Positions 13,641 through 26,828 are shown, counted from the first letter of the whole stretch. The stretch: DNA of 63,663 nt, filler included, from Octopus bimaculoides (GCF_001194135.2; 7 parts of 7 records of this genome joined end to end with filler, not necessarily neighbours in it); one strand, 5' to 3'. Program-made: numbers and translations. Notes: a model not told the origin generated them from the sequence alone.

Positions 13641-13842
13641 GAGCATGAATATACACAAGCTAAGCAACAATAGCCATAAAGATGCTGACGTAGTACAGTG
13701 TCACACACACACACACACACACACACACGTGTATATAGAAGCCGAAATCGAAACGGCATCTCTGTCACAACGTCACATATGTCATTTTATTTATAACGTT
13801 TTAACTTTCACGTTACAGCTCTTTTATCTATCTATCTGTCTG

Positions 13843-13919
<77 letters not shown>

Positions 13920-16028
13920 TTACCTATCTATCTATCTATCTATCTGTCTGTCTGTCTATCTGTCTATTTATCTATCAGTCTATCTATCTATCTATTTTCT
14001 TCGACTTATGCTCTTCTCCCTGTTGATATGCATAGATGTGTATGTATGCATACACACAGACATATATATACATGTACGTATACACACACACACACACACC
14101 GATGACTTTTCCCCAACCGCCCGCTCTCCCTAGCCCCTCGTTGCTGATCTCTGGGGTCGCTCCCTCGCTTTATCTTGAAACCTGTCTCGCTCAGTCTCTC
14201 GGCTACCGAGCATCAGATCCATTCAGTGCACCAACCCCCATTGTAATTCAGTAAATATGCTGAGGGAGCGGTGGANNNNNNNNNNNNNNNNNNNNNNNNN
14301 NNNNNNNNNNNNNNNNNNNNNNNNNNNNNNNNNNNNNNNNNNNNNNNNNNNNNNNNNNNNNNNNNNNNNNNNNNNNNNNNNNNNNNNNNNNNNNNNNNNN
14401 NNNNNNNNNNNNNNNNNNNNNNNNNNNNNNNNNNNNNNNNNNNNNNNNNNNNNNNNNNNNNNNNNNNNNNNNNNNNNNNNNNNNNNNNNNNNNNNNNNNN
14501 NNNNNNNNNNNNNNNNNNNNNNNNNNNNNNNNNNNNNNNNNNNNNNNNNNNNNNNNNNNNNNNNNNNNNNNNNNNNNNNNNNNNNNNNNNNNNNNNNNNN
14601 NNNNNNNNNNNNNNNNNNNNNNNNNNNNNNNNNNNNNNNNNNNNNNNNNNNNNNNNNNNNNNNNNNNNNNNNNNNNNNNNNNNNNTTATTACTTGCGTGT
14701 GTGTGTTATGTACCTAATCTTTGTATTTGAGTCGGATGAGATGAGTGAGAGGAAAGGGGTGGGGTAGGTCAGGATGTACCCAGATAAAAGAAAAGAAAGG
14801 GCGGGGACGTAGTTGGTGAGGCGGTGGTAGAGACCCGTGCTTATCATGGCGGTGACAGTAGTCGTGATGGTGGTGGTGGTGGTGGTGGTGGTGGTGGCTG
14901 CGATGGTGGTGGTGGCGGCAGCGAGGTTGCTGATGGAAATTATTAAGTTTGCTTTAATATTTATAAGAGAATTCTAAATTCCTGCGTATGTACGCCTTAA
15001 AAATATACTTAGACCAGAACATGTGTGTGTCCGACGAACGGGACCTGAAACTCGGAGTAGCAGTTGTTTGCCATGTTTTTGCAGCTTTAATAATAAAGTA
15101 TATATATATATATATATATCCATGTTCCATGTATATATATAAATATACACACACTCGTCTATATATTTGAGTGTATGCAGTGTATTTCTGTATATAATGT
15201 GTATATATTATATACACAGAAAAGAGACAGGCCGTCAAACTTTATACGCACGCACACACACACACACACACGTGTTTGTATAAGGCAATAAACACAAAAA
15301 AGAAGGCAACATGGGGAGAGAATTCTCAAGAAATATGTGTATATATGTATAAGATATATGTGTATATAGAGATGTATATATATAAATACATGCATATGTT
15401 TATATGTACAAACACAGACGTATATATGTAGGTGTATATATATTTATATTTATGTATTTACACGAACGTATGTTATATCAGAAGACGATTATACAAGTTA
15501 CTCAGGTGCATGGATGTTCGTGTTGAAGCGCTTTCCGAACCTTCTTACTCACCACACGTATAAATATCGGCAAGTAAATAAGATATGCCAGTCTATGAGC
15601 GTGAGATCCACTTCTTAGGCTGTGTAGGCCCACATAGCCTCCAACAAGCAGGCAGCTTCTCTCAGCCTCTAGCATCCTACATCAGTCGCATCTGTTGGAC
15701 GCTGAGTAGATGGAAGGAACGGGGGGAGGGGGTGACATTATCGTCTGCGCGTGATGTGGTTAGTTGAGAGCAACAGATCCGGCATTTTATTACAGGACGA
15801 ACGAGCTGTAAAAGAAGAGTTTGAAGAAGGCGGACATCAAAGTTGAAATGATGTAGAAAATAATATGAATGCGTAGGAAAGAGAGCGAAAGATGGGCCTT
15901 TGAAAGACTCCTTTCCATTGCACACACATACAAACACACACACACACACACACACACACGTGTATATATATATATATGTTGTTTTTTGTTGTTTCTTTCT
16001 GTCCTACCGTTGATTTATATCCATACGC

Positions 16029-16066
<38 letters not shown>

Positions 16067-16213
16067 NNNNNNNNNNNNNNNNNNNNNNNNNNNNNNNNNN
16101 NNNNNNNNNNNNNNNNNNNNNNNNNNNNNNNNNNNNNNNNNNNNNNNNNNNNNNNNNNNNNNNNNNNNNNNNNNNNNNNNNNNNNNNNNNNNNNNNNNNN
16201 NNNNNNNNNNNNN

Positions 16214-16274
<61 letters not shown>

Positions 16275-16535
16275 CACATTCTTTATCAGTTTATATATTT
16301 GTCTATATACACACACACGCACACATCCCCGTGTTAGTGTGGAGGTTTGGAAAAAAGTGTACAAGATATAATAGTTGAGTTTAATATTTTATTTTAATGG
16401 AGTCAGTCTGTTGCAAGAGACTAAGTACACACACACGCACACACGTGTGCGTGTGTGTGTACTATGCATGTATATGTATATATGCGTATATATATATATA
16501 TATATATACATGGGTACATATAGACGCACACACAG

Positions 16536-16584
<49 letters not shown>

Positions 16585-16921
16585 AATGATGTCATTATAT
16601 TTATTAGTACCTAAGCACATATATGCACCCCCATCACCCACACACTCAAAGCGACAATGGAGGAGAAAGACAAAGCGAGCCGCTAAATATCGATGTATTC
16701 ACATGAATATGTTTTGATCATGAATTCATTTTAAATAAGCATTATGCAAATTAAATGAGAAAGTCCCAGCTGTTGTAGGTATTTTTTTCCAGCTAATTAC
16801 TTTCCTCAATTTTCCTGTTATAGCAATATTATTTACCTTGCAATATTTCTGTTTAAATTTCATGAACGTCGTCATATTCGTTGATAGGTACATTTACGTA
16901 TAAGACCCCTAGCTAATCGAT

Positions 16922-17110
16922 TAGTATTCTTTTCTACTACAGGCACAAAGTCTGAAATTTAGTGACTGGGAGCTAGTCCTCAACTGGCGTTTATGTTATC
17001 GATGCAAGGTAAAATTGACCTCGGCGGAATTTGAACTCATAACGTAGAGGCAGACGAAATGTCGCTAAGCGTTTTACTCGGTGTATTGACGATTCTGTCA
17101 GATCACTGCG
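16922..17110 (-). mobile_element. SINE family B (gagctggcagaatcgttagc...gagttcaaattccgccgaggtc)
   Basis: Reverse complement matches the copies at 25685 and 52757; B-box-like GAGTTCAAATTCC. Confidence 0.7.
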
Positions 17111-17877
17111 TTCATTGTCGACAAATATCAACCCTTTCTCTGTCCTGTGTCTCACTTGTGACACAGAACTTATATCCCCCGGTGTCCATCCATCATATAT
17201 TATATACTGTCCCGGGACTTATGAAGGAAAAGCTTTGTATTACTTAGAACGTATGGAACAAGGGTTTACTAAAAGTCTGAGAAAAAGTATCGAGGTTTAG
17301 CACGGACTTATGAAAAAGCCTTGGGACGGGAAGAAAAGGGGTTAAAATGTTTTTTTCTGAAGATGGGAATGGTGTGTTTGACTTCTGAGTGTACACATAC
17401 ATGCTCATACGTAGGTATACACGTGCATATGCACAAGTGTGTGAAGGTACAGAGAGAGGATTAATGTTGTATCCAACCTTCCGGTTGGATACAATGGGGG
17501 AAGTGTAAATAGATAAACAGACAGGTAGATAGATAGATTGATAGACAGACAGACTGATATATAGATAGATAGATAGATAAGAGGATGGTGGATACCAGGC
17601 TTTAATAATGGATGACAGCATTTGTTTCTGCACGGCAAACCAGCGTCAAGTTCCTGAGTTTATAACTTTGGTAACTTCGATAGGTATCGGCCAGTATAGG
17701 CCCAGACCATGTCTAACTTAAGAGCCCCACATGGTGAAGTCTTTTAGTCGTATCTGTGGCACCATAGCCCATTGCACGTTACGAGGTTTTTGCCCGAATT
17801 ATATCGAACACACACGCACACAGTTATATATGATATATACAATATATATGTATGTATATATATATATTATTATACAT

Positions 17878-17943
<66 letters not shown>

Positions 17944-18665
17944 NNNNNNNNNNNNNNNNNNNNNNNNNNNNNNNNNNNNNNNNNNNNNNNNNNNNNNNNN
18001 NNNNNNNNNNNNNNNNNNNNNNNNNNNNNNNNNNNNNNNNNNNNNNNNNNNNNNNNNNNNNNNNNNNNNNNNNNNNNNNNNNNNNNNNNNNNNNNNNNNN
18101 NNNNNNNNNNNNNNNNNNNNNNNNNNNNNNNNNNNNNNNNNNNNNNNNNNNNNNNNNNNNNNNNNNNNNNNNNNNNNNNNNNNNNNNNNNNNNNNNNNNN
18201 NNNNNNNNNNNNNNNNNNNNNNNNNNNNNNNNNNNNNNNNNNNNNNNNNNNNNNNNNNNNNNNNNNNNNNNNNNNNNNNNNNNNNNNNNNNNNNNNNNNN
18301 NNNNNNNNNNNNNNNNNNNNNNNNNNNNNNNNNNNNNNNNNNNNNNNNNNNNNNNNNTGTGTGTGTGTGTGTGTAGCGAGTAGGATTTTCAGCAAGTTCG
18401 GACATCCCATCTTCCAGAACCTCACAAGTTGTATGAGAGAAACTTAACTGCTATTTCTAGCCGGTACGTTAGGTGACCACATACGCTCACCACCTATAGA
18501 CCTCCTTTAAGACACCGGATGTATCTACACGGAATCTCATTTTTACCTTTCTTTTTCTGACAATAAAATCGTATCTTAAGAAACTCACAGAAGCGAGAAA
18601 CCTAACAAAGTTCTTTGCGTATATATAAAACGGATGTCATTTGAAAGAACGTTTTCGTTTTCTCA

Positions 18666-18735
<70 letters not shown>

Positions 18736-19432
18736 TTGTATCGGGTGCATTTTTTCCCTACCACCGTCCATGCCGACAATGACTGTCGGGTGTATGACTT
18801 ATTGGATGTGTGTGTATATAAAAGAAAATATATATAAATACACACGCGCGCACACACATGCGCTCGCGCGTGCGCATCTGTGTAATATATGTACTTACGT
18901 ATGTGTGTGTGTGTATACCAATTGCTATAATTTGAATTTTGTCTTTCATACAGTAGTAGTAGTAGTAGTAGTAGGTGGAGGAGGAGGAGGAGGAGGTGGA
19001 GGAAGTGGTGAAGGAGGGAAGGTATAGGCGTGAAAGACGTGGTGGTGGTGGCGAGATGGTATTTGTTTTTTCAACTTGTGTCTCTGTGTCTGGGACAACA
19101 TAGCATGACTACAAAAACGAGGCCCAACTCTATCTCTCTCGGTGGGACTTCGAAACTCACACACACACACTCGCACACATACATGACATGTCAGACATAA
19201 AAAATAAAGAAATAAACAAAATAGAAATAGTACAACGATGAAAAACAAAGTATAGATATATACATGAGTTCATACATACATACATACATACATAGCATTG
19301 ACTCAACCTATTCTAGCTGTAACAGCACAACAAGCATATACGCACTCACTCACACACACACATGTACAGTCATATATATATGTATATAATGAGGTGTGCG
19401 TGTGTCTAAGCGCGGCTATGTACACATGTGTG

Positions 19433-19504
<72 letters not shown>

Positions 19505-19873
19505 TTTATATATACATATATACACGGTTGGGCAAAAATAGGTATTCAGATATGAAAAAAAAAAATGTACAATATTAATTTATTTTTATCAAAAAAATTA
19601 AAAGCTACGATAAAAATATTATTATAGTTACGATAAAATGTATTACTATGATTAATGACACTGAAAATGTCAAAAGTGAGGATAACTGATTTAATGTGCT
19701 AATAATATTAATGAATTAAGTATTATGACGCTGATGTATACCTACTTTTGCACCTCACTATATATATATACAAAAGAACAACACTATATATATATACAAA
19801 AAAACAACAGACGAAGACAGGTGGTGGAGAAAACAAACAGATGTATTAGTATAACACTTGAGAATTGACAAAG

Positions 19874-19910
19874 TCTTTAACGTTTCAAGCCTACGCTCTT
19901 CTACAGAAAG
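19874..19910 (-). ncRNA. Minimal hammerhead-like motif, variant core CUGUAGA (third copy)
   Basis: Minus strand CUUU-CUGUAGA-A-GAGC-GUAG-GCUU-GAAAC-GUU-AAAG: 4-bp stem I, stem II with G-U. Flanks 19805-19930 resemble 1-110. Confidence 0.5.
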
Positions 19911-20832
19911 GAACACGGAAAGAAACAAAGAGAGAAAAAAATGTGTGTTGTGGTTAGCGAGAAAGAAAATTCTTTAGCACTTCTTTAATTATAGTTACAA
20001 ATGTTTTCGTACCATCTCCATTTTCAACGCCAGTTGACGCGAAAATTCTAAAAGAAAAATCCTGTAATATTTACGGTTTTAGACGTTGGAGAGGCACTTG
20101 CTCAGATTTGATAATCTAAGAGTAGAAATAATAATAATTAGATAATACAAAAAGAAATAGGGAAATAGGGAATACAACTGTTTATGTAAAGGAGGATCAG
20201 ATTGTAATATTATCGCTGTACAATCTGATTTGTCCATTCTTCTTGCACTTTTCCCAGTCTATATTGCCTATCGACTTTAATAATTATGGCTGCATCAACT
20301 GACAATTTTTATACAAACATCGTCTTTAAAACATATACTGAAAGGAAGATTGTCAGGGTCACTGCATTGCAGCATTTGTCAGTGTGAGGTGTTGTTTGTG
20401 TTTTTGTGAGTATGCATGTGTATGTATATATATGTGTGGGACAATCATAAAGCGTAGCAATCAAAATAACATAGTCATATATATATGTGTGTGTATATGT
20501 GTGTGTATGTATCCATACGTAGAAAAATACATACACATACGTATAGATATATTTCACATATAGTTATTATATATATTAGGTATGAATTCAGCGTTGCTTA
20601 ACAGGCAATACAGGGCGAAAGTAAGTGCAGAGTCAAACAATAGGTTAAGGTGTCCCTCCCGCCAAAAAAAAAAACAAAAAAAACAAGAGCAAGAATATCG
20701 CTTCATCATCTGTTGACTGTTTCAGTTTCCGTGCATTAACAGCAAGATTGCTAGCTTCAGTGTGCCAGGATATTTTTTTTACAAGAATCCACTGGGCACG
20801 CTGAAGCTTTTTCTTCACTGGGCTAAATCTCT

Positions 20833-20920
<88 letters not shown>

Positions 20921-21073
20921 TAATAATAATAATGACAATAATGACGGTGATTATTATCCTAGGGACTGTTAGGAAAATTAGGAAGGTTCTTAGCATCTGA
21001 GGTTATTCGTTGTAGCCCGATGGTAAAGAAGTTTTTCCAACAGTCTAATCTGTTGTGCATAAATGAAATATTA

Positions 21074-21105
<32 letters not shown>

Positions 21106-21182
21106 GGTGGTGGTGAAGATGGCGGTGATGTTTTCCTTTACTGCCGTGAGAGCGATATCAGAGAGGACATTACAGGGACATG

Positions 21183-21216
<34 letters not shown>

Positions 21217-21316
21217 NNNNNNNNNNNNNNNNNNNNNNNNNNNNNNNNNNNNNNNNNNNNTTAATTAATTAANNNNNNNNNNNNNNNNNNNNNNNNNNNN
21301 NNNNNNNNNNNNNNNN
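21217..21316. other. Artificial scaffold join: 44 N + TTAATTAATTAA + 44 N
   Basis: Identical 100-bp structure at 21217, 29168, 37057, 41457, 50295 and 58682. The 12-mer contains stops in all six frames. Confidence 0.95.
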
Positions 21317-21355
<39 letters not shown>

Positions 21356-21645
21356 GTCATCATCATCACTGTCATCATGATTTAAACATTTATTTTCCAT
21401 ATTAGTATATATGTATATATAAGTACACACACACACACATGTGTCTATGTATGTGTTTGCATATGTGTATGTGTGCATGCATATGTTTGAATAGATAGAT
21501 AAAGACTTATACATACATATATCTCTTATCTTTTACTTGTTTTAGTCATTAGACTATGGCCATGCTGGAGCACTGCCTTAAGGAAAGCTAATCAACCCCA
21601 ATACTTATTTACTTTTTAAGCCTGGTACTTATTTTGTTAGTCAGT

Positions 21646-22235
21646 ATGCTCCACTGGATGTGTAATATAAGTGTATGGGTTCAACAGAATGCTAGTGCTT
21701 TAGAGAGAGAAGTTAGGCATAAGAGGAATTAGATGCAGTGTGCAAGAGAGAAGACTGCACTAATTTAGTCATACGATGTAGATGGATATTGACAGTTCCA
21801 TAAAGAGGTGCCAATCACTCAAAGTGGACAGAACTTGCAGATGAAGGAAACCCAGGAAGACACAGAATGAAGTACTGAAGGACAATCTAAGAATGCTGAA
21901 CCTTAAAGAGATGATGAAGGACCAAGACATCTGGTGCCTTGCTGTACTCAAGGAGACTAGTCCTCCACAGCAGAAGTGTTAAGGCCACTCCCCCTGCAAG
22001 AGTTATGTGTCAGTACCACATAAAAAGCACTTGTGCTGGTGCCACATAACAGCACCCATGCAGTGCCACATTAAAAGCACCCAGCACACTCTGTAAAGTG
22101 GTTGGCATTGAAGGGCACCCAGCCATAGAACCCAAGTTAAATCAGGCTAGAACTTGGTGCAGCTCTCCAGCATGGTCAAACCTTCCAACCCATGCCAGCA
22201 TGGGAAACAGACGTTAAAGGATGATAATGATGATG
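21646..22235 (+). mobile_element. RTE-clade LINE 3' end with 3' UTR and (GAT)n tail
   Basis: Translates to LHWMCNISVWVQQNASALREKLGIRGIRCSVQERRLH*FSHTM*MDIDSSIKRCQSLKVDRTCR*RKPRKT...DIWCLAV, i.e. the RTE C-terminal RL.W.GHV.RM / GRPRKTW pattern. 3' UTR is shared with 30745-30977. Confidence 0.8.
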
Positions 22236-22843
22236 ATAATATATATGATGGGCTTCTTTCAGTTTCTGTCTACCAAATCCACTCACAAGGTTTTTATCAG
22301 CCCAAGGCTAGAGTAACCAATTCTACAAGAGCACCAAACTTGAAACAGGCACACATTTCCCATACTCTCTTTTCCAGAAGTCTCTAGTCACCTTACAACA
22401 CCCCCAGAGATGGTGTTTTGATATTAAGTGACATAACTCACAAATTAACCCTTGCTTGGTTCATTTCATCGTCGTTTTCACAGCAACAACAAACCAGATG
22501 TATTTGTTCATTTCTAACAATGGAGAGTAGTTGCCATATTTCATTCCATAACTGCCATCTCTGAAGAGCACAAGGTTACATAACTAGGCTGTAACCTAAC
22601 AATCCATTGAACCCTTAGTGCGAAATCAGTTGGTGAGATAGGCTATTGTGGATATAAGATAATGTACACTTTAATTTATATTCCCCAACCCTCTTGACAA
22701 ATTTATGAGTGCATATTTTTTCTGACTTATGGATTTTTAAATGACTATATATGTACATATATTTATCTATAAATATACATTCATTTATTTATATATGCGT
22801 AAGGGATATATATAATACTCTACACATCAATTAATACACACAC

Positions 22844-22880
<37 letters not shown>

Positions 22881-23339
22881 CATATATATACATATCTATA
22901 TAAATATATATATATATATATATATANNNNNNNNNNNNNNNNNNNNNNNNNNNNNNNNNNNNNNNNNNNNNNNNNNNNNNNNNNNNNNNNNNNNNNNNNN
23001 NNNNNNNNNNNNNNNNNNNNNNNNNNNNNNNNNNNNNNNNNNNNNNNNNNNNNNNNNNNNNNNNNNNNNNNNNNNNNNNNNNNNNNNNNNNNNNNNNNNN
23101 NNNNNNNNNNNNNNNNNNNNNNNNNNNNNNNNNNNNNNNNNNNNNNNNNNNNNNNNNNNNNNNNNNNNNNNNNNNNNNNNNNNNNNNNNNNNNNNNNNNN
23201 NNNNNNNNNNNNNNNNNNNNNNNNNNNNNNNNNNNNNNNNNNNNNNNNNNNNNNNNNNNNNNNNNNNNNNNNNNNNNNNNNNNNNNNNNNNNNNNNNNNN
23301 NNNNNNNNNNNNNNNNNNNNNNNNATGATGATGATGATG

Positions 23340-23497
23340 ATACAGGCTTCTTTCAGTTTCTGACTATCAAATCCACTCCTAAGGTGGCCCAAGGCTATAG
23401 TAGAAGACACTTGCTGAAGGTGCCACAGAGTAGAACTGAACCCAGAACCATGTGGTTAGGAAGCAAGCTTCTTATCACACAATCATGCCTGCACCTT
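23340..23497 (-). mobile_element. SINE family A, tRNA-like 5' half
   Basis: Reverse complement gives a head with A-box-like tgtgtgataag and B-box-like gggttcagttc, then ...agcaagtgtcttctactatagcc. Confidence 0.75.
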
Positions 23498-23557
23498 ATG
23501 GGATATCAAATAATGATGATGATGTATATATATATTTATAAAAAGACATATATTTAC

Positions 23558-23593
<36 letters not shown>

Positions 23594-24477
23594 TGAGAAG
23601 GTGTAATCTGACTGTGGAAGACTTCTGCTTAATGTGGGCAAAATAATACAAAAGTAGCAAATATAAAAACGATGTTGGTGGGGTGGGTGGGTATAATAAT
23701 AGAGGGAGTAGCAGTTGGGGGTAGCAGTGGTGGGGTTAGCTGTAGGAGTGAGGGTAGGTTGTTTAAATATATTTATATCACTTTCATATAAATACTTCTA
23801 TAGCTATTTAGGTATATGTATGTATGCATCTATCTATGTGTGTGTGTTATGTATATGTGTATATGTGTGTGCGTGTATGTGTGACTGTCTGTGTGCATAT
23901 AAATATGTATACTTATCTAAATATTTATATAAAGTGTGTGAGTATATATATATATATATATCTATGTATATACATATACATAATATATGTATATATATTT
24001 ATGCATGTATATTTGTACAAACATACATACATACGCGCACACACACATACACATATAAATAGCTATAGATATATATACACACACATTTATAAATGTGTGT
24101 GTGAGAGTATGTATATGTACATATACATATATTCATACATATGCTCATTTATTTGTACATATATATATACACACATACACACACACACATTGAGAGAGAA
24201 CAAGAATTAAATAAGTAAATATTGATATAGATATATATATATAAACATACATTTGTGTGTGTGTGTGATACTGTATTTAGCATGAATGGCATTTGCTGAG
24301 GTATGTTTTTTCAAAAACCATTCAAAAACATTGTATCAGACTGCTGATGTCATTTGGAAGTTGGTATGTATTTACACACAAAGTCTACGGGGGTAGGATT
24401 TTGTTCTCCAAGACAAAATCCTGCAGTAAATACCATTCAAATTCCAGTGGGCAGAAACGTATTAAAAATAAATGTAC

Positions 24478-24594
24478 ATGAGCATGGCTGTGTGGTAAGA
24501 GGCTTACTTTACAACCACATGGTTCTGGGTTCAGTCCTACTGCATGGCACCTTAGGCAAGTGTCTTCCATTGTAACCTGGGGCTGATGAAAGCC
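24478..24594 (+). mobile_element. SINE family A head, truncated next to the transposon
   Basis: ggctgtgtggtaag...gggttcagtcctactgcatggcaccttaggcaagtgtcttcc. Confidence 0.8.
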
Positions 24595-24600
24595 TATATA

Positions 24601-25600
24601 CAGGGTGTCCCGAAATTAAGGTAACTGAAGTTTCAGGCTTTAATAACTATCGATAAATGTGATAAGATAGGAAAATTATACATCATTCTAAAAGTTTAGT
24701 GAGTCTTTTTTTTTGTTTCAGACTAAATAAATTTAGATAATGGCTACAGACCGAAATACCATCATAACCCTCTACAAAGGAGGTGAAAGTAATACAGTTA
24801 TAGCAAAGATAAACTTAAAATTAACCGAACAGTCTGGAAAGTTGTCAAGAAATTTCAAGAGACTGGTTCCACCCCCAATTGACCTGGACATAACTGGAAA
24901 AGAAGTGTGTGGGTCCCTCAGCTTATCAAAAGTACCAGAGAAAAAATACTATGAAATACTCATTCTTCTCTCAGAAAACTGGCTGCCACAGCAAAAATAA
25001 GCTAAACATCAATGTATCAAGTGCTGAAGGAGAATCTCAGGACCCACTCCTACAAGATGACCTACCATCATGGGCTCACACAAGTTTATAAGGCCATGAG
25101 ACTGGAGAGAAGTCATTTTATCCTGTGTCAGATTGCTGAAGGCATGCTCCCCAACCTGGTTTTCACTGATGAAAAGAAATTTTTCATAGAACAAACAGTA
25201 AACCACCAGAATGATCGATTTTGGAGTGTATCTGGCTCCATCGAGTGTTGAGTCAGAAATCAACATCAAAATCCAGTCAATTATGGTTTGGGCAGCTGTG
25301 ACAGCCACTGGAAGGACTCACCTTGTTTTTCTACCCTCAGGTGATAAAATTAACATCCAGCAATACATTAGCAACATTCTGGAAGCTGAACTGCTTCCAT
25401 GGCTGAATGAACACTTTCCAGGTGCACCTTGAAGCCTCCAATAAGGACTCAACACCATCCCACAGCTCCAGACTGACACAACACTGGATTTACAAAAACA
25501 TTCCATCATTCAAAGGCAAAGATGTATGGCCCTGATCTCAACCCATTGGATTTTTCTGTTTGGTCAGTTTTGGCGGTGAAGGTTTTGAGCACTTCTCATT
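24601..25600 (+). mobile_element. Tc1/mariner superfamily DD37D (maT-like) transposon remnant, 3'-truncated pseudogene
   Basis: TA followed by CAGGGTG terminus. Frameshifted transposase motifs VFTDEKKF, IMVWAAV, DSTPSH...WPDLNPLDFSVWS. Spacing between the last two D is 33 here, consistent with 37 minus an inferred 4-aa deletion. No right TIR seen. Confidence 0.85.
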
Positions 25601-25684
25601 GTTTTTCTCAACTGCATCAGGGCATGGCCACTGCCTGGTACTGCATCAAGGCATTTATTATTATTGTTGTTGTCATTATTATTA

Positions 25685-25890
25685 CAAGGTGGTAAATTGG
25701 CAGAATCGTTAGTACACCAAGCAAAATGCTTAGCAGCATTTCGCCCATTATTATGAGTTCAAATTCTGCTGAGGTTGACTTTGCCTTTCACCCTTTCAGG
25801 ATCAATAAAATAGGTACCTGTTGCACACTGGGGTCAATTTAATCAACTTGGCCACTTCCCTAAAACTGCTGGCCTTGTGCCAAATTGGAA
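25685..25890 (+). mobile_element. SINE family B
   Basis: ggcagaatcgttagtacacc...gagttcaaattctgctgaggttgactttgcctttca...ctggggtcaatttaatc. Confidence 0.75.
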
Positions 25891-26393
25891 ACTAAGGCAA
25901 ATGCCTTATGGCTGCCATCATTTGTCTGTCTGTATGTGTGTGAGTGTGTGTTCTTTTGCTCTTTTATTCTTTTACTTGTTCCAATCATTTGACTGTGGCC
26001 ATGCTGGAGCACTGCCTTTACGGATCTTTTAGTCCTACCCAGGACTAATTCTTTGTAAGCCTAGTACTTATTCTATCAGTCTCTTTTTTGCTGAACTGCT
26101 AAGTTATGGGGGACATAAACCCACCAGTATCGGTGGTCAAGTTATGCATACATTCACAAATGGCTGACTGAATGCACAATGAGTCATCAAGGTCACACAT
26201 GGGTACACTCACTGCACCTGTTGCACTGCTGTCTATAGACTCCAGATCCAAACAAATTGCTGGTTCTGAGTTAGGTGAAGGATAAACAATAACAGATAGA
26301 TTGGGGTTCAGAGAATCTCTGACCAAATTTGGGTCAGTTGAGTCACTTGGAACTATGTACTTGTCCTTGGCAACTTTTGATTGTTAATTCTTA

Positions 26394-26489
26394 CTTGTAT
26401 TCACCTGATGAAAATTGTTTTTCATCCATGATGTAACACTTCTGTTCATTAATAGAAAACATGCCCGAAACAGCTGTAGAGAATCACAA
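26394..26489 (+). ncRNA. Type-I hammerhead ribozyme motif with long stem-II insert (Penelope-type)
   Basis: cttgtattcac-CUGAUGA (26405-26411)...GAAAC (26467-26471)-AGCU-GUA (26476-26478)-gagaatcacaa. Flanks pair as stem I (about 9 bp, one mismatch, one bulge); palindromic ACAGCUGU; stem II partly decayed (tgttttt/gaaaaca). Confidence 0.6.
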
Positions 26490-26594
26490 TCCATCTGTTG
26501 CTATTGCATAGAGAGAGGGGGAAGAGAAAGAGAGATAGAAGATGGTGGTGAAGGTGCCCCAGGGTATACCCTCAAGGTACAGAGAGATGAATGT

Positions 26595-26828
26595 GAGCAG
26601 GGTAAAACCCTTCTCGAGTCAAACCAACTCACAAGAGCCAGTCTCCCAGTTTCCATGGTATATAAATTCCCCACTTGGATGGGACCCCAGTCTGTTGCAG
26701 GATTACTCATTTTTGTCATAAAATGAAGTGTTTTGCTTAAGAACACAACACACTGCCTGGTCCAGGAATTGAAACCACAATCTTACAATCATGAGTCCAA
26801 CACACTAAACACTAAGCGATGCACCTCC
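26595..26828 (-). mobile_element. tRNA-derived SINE related to family C
   Basis: Reverse complement: ggaggtgcatcgcttagtg...gtggtttcaattcctgg...gttgtgttcttaagcaaaacacttcatttt. Confidence 0.7.

Noticed and set aside
21261-21272. TTAATTAATTAA as a biological palindrome or recombination site
   Set aside because: Always centred in exactly 44+44 N; an assembly linker.
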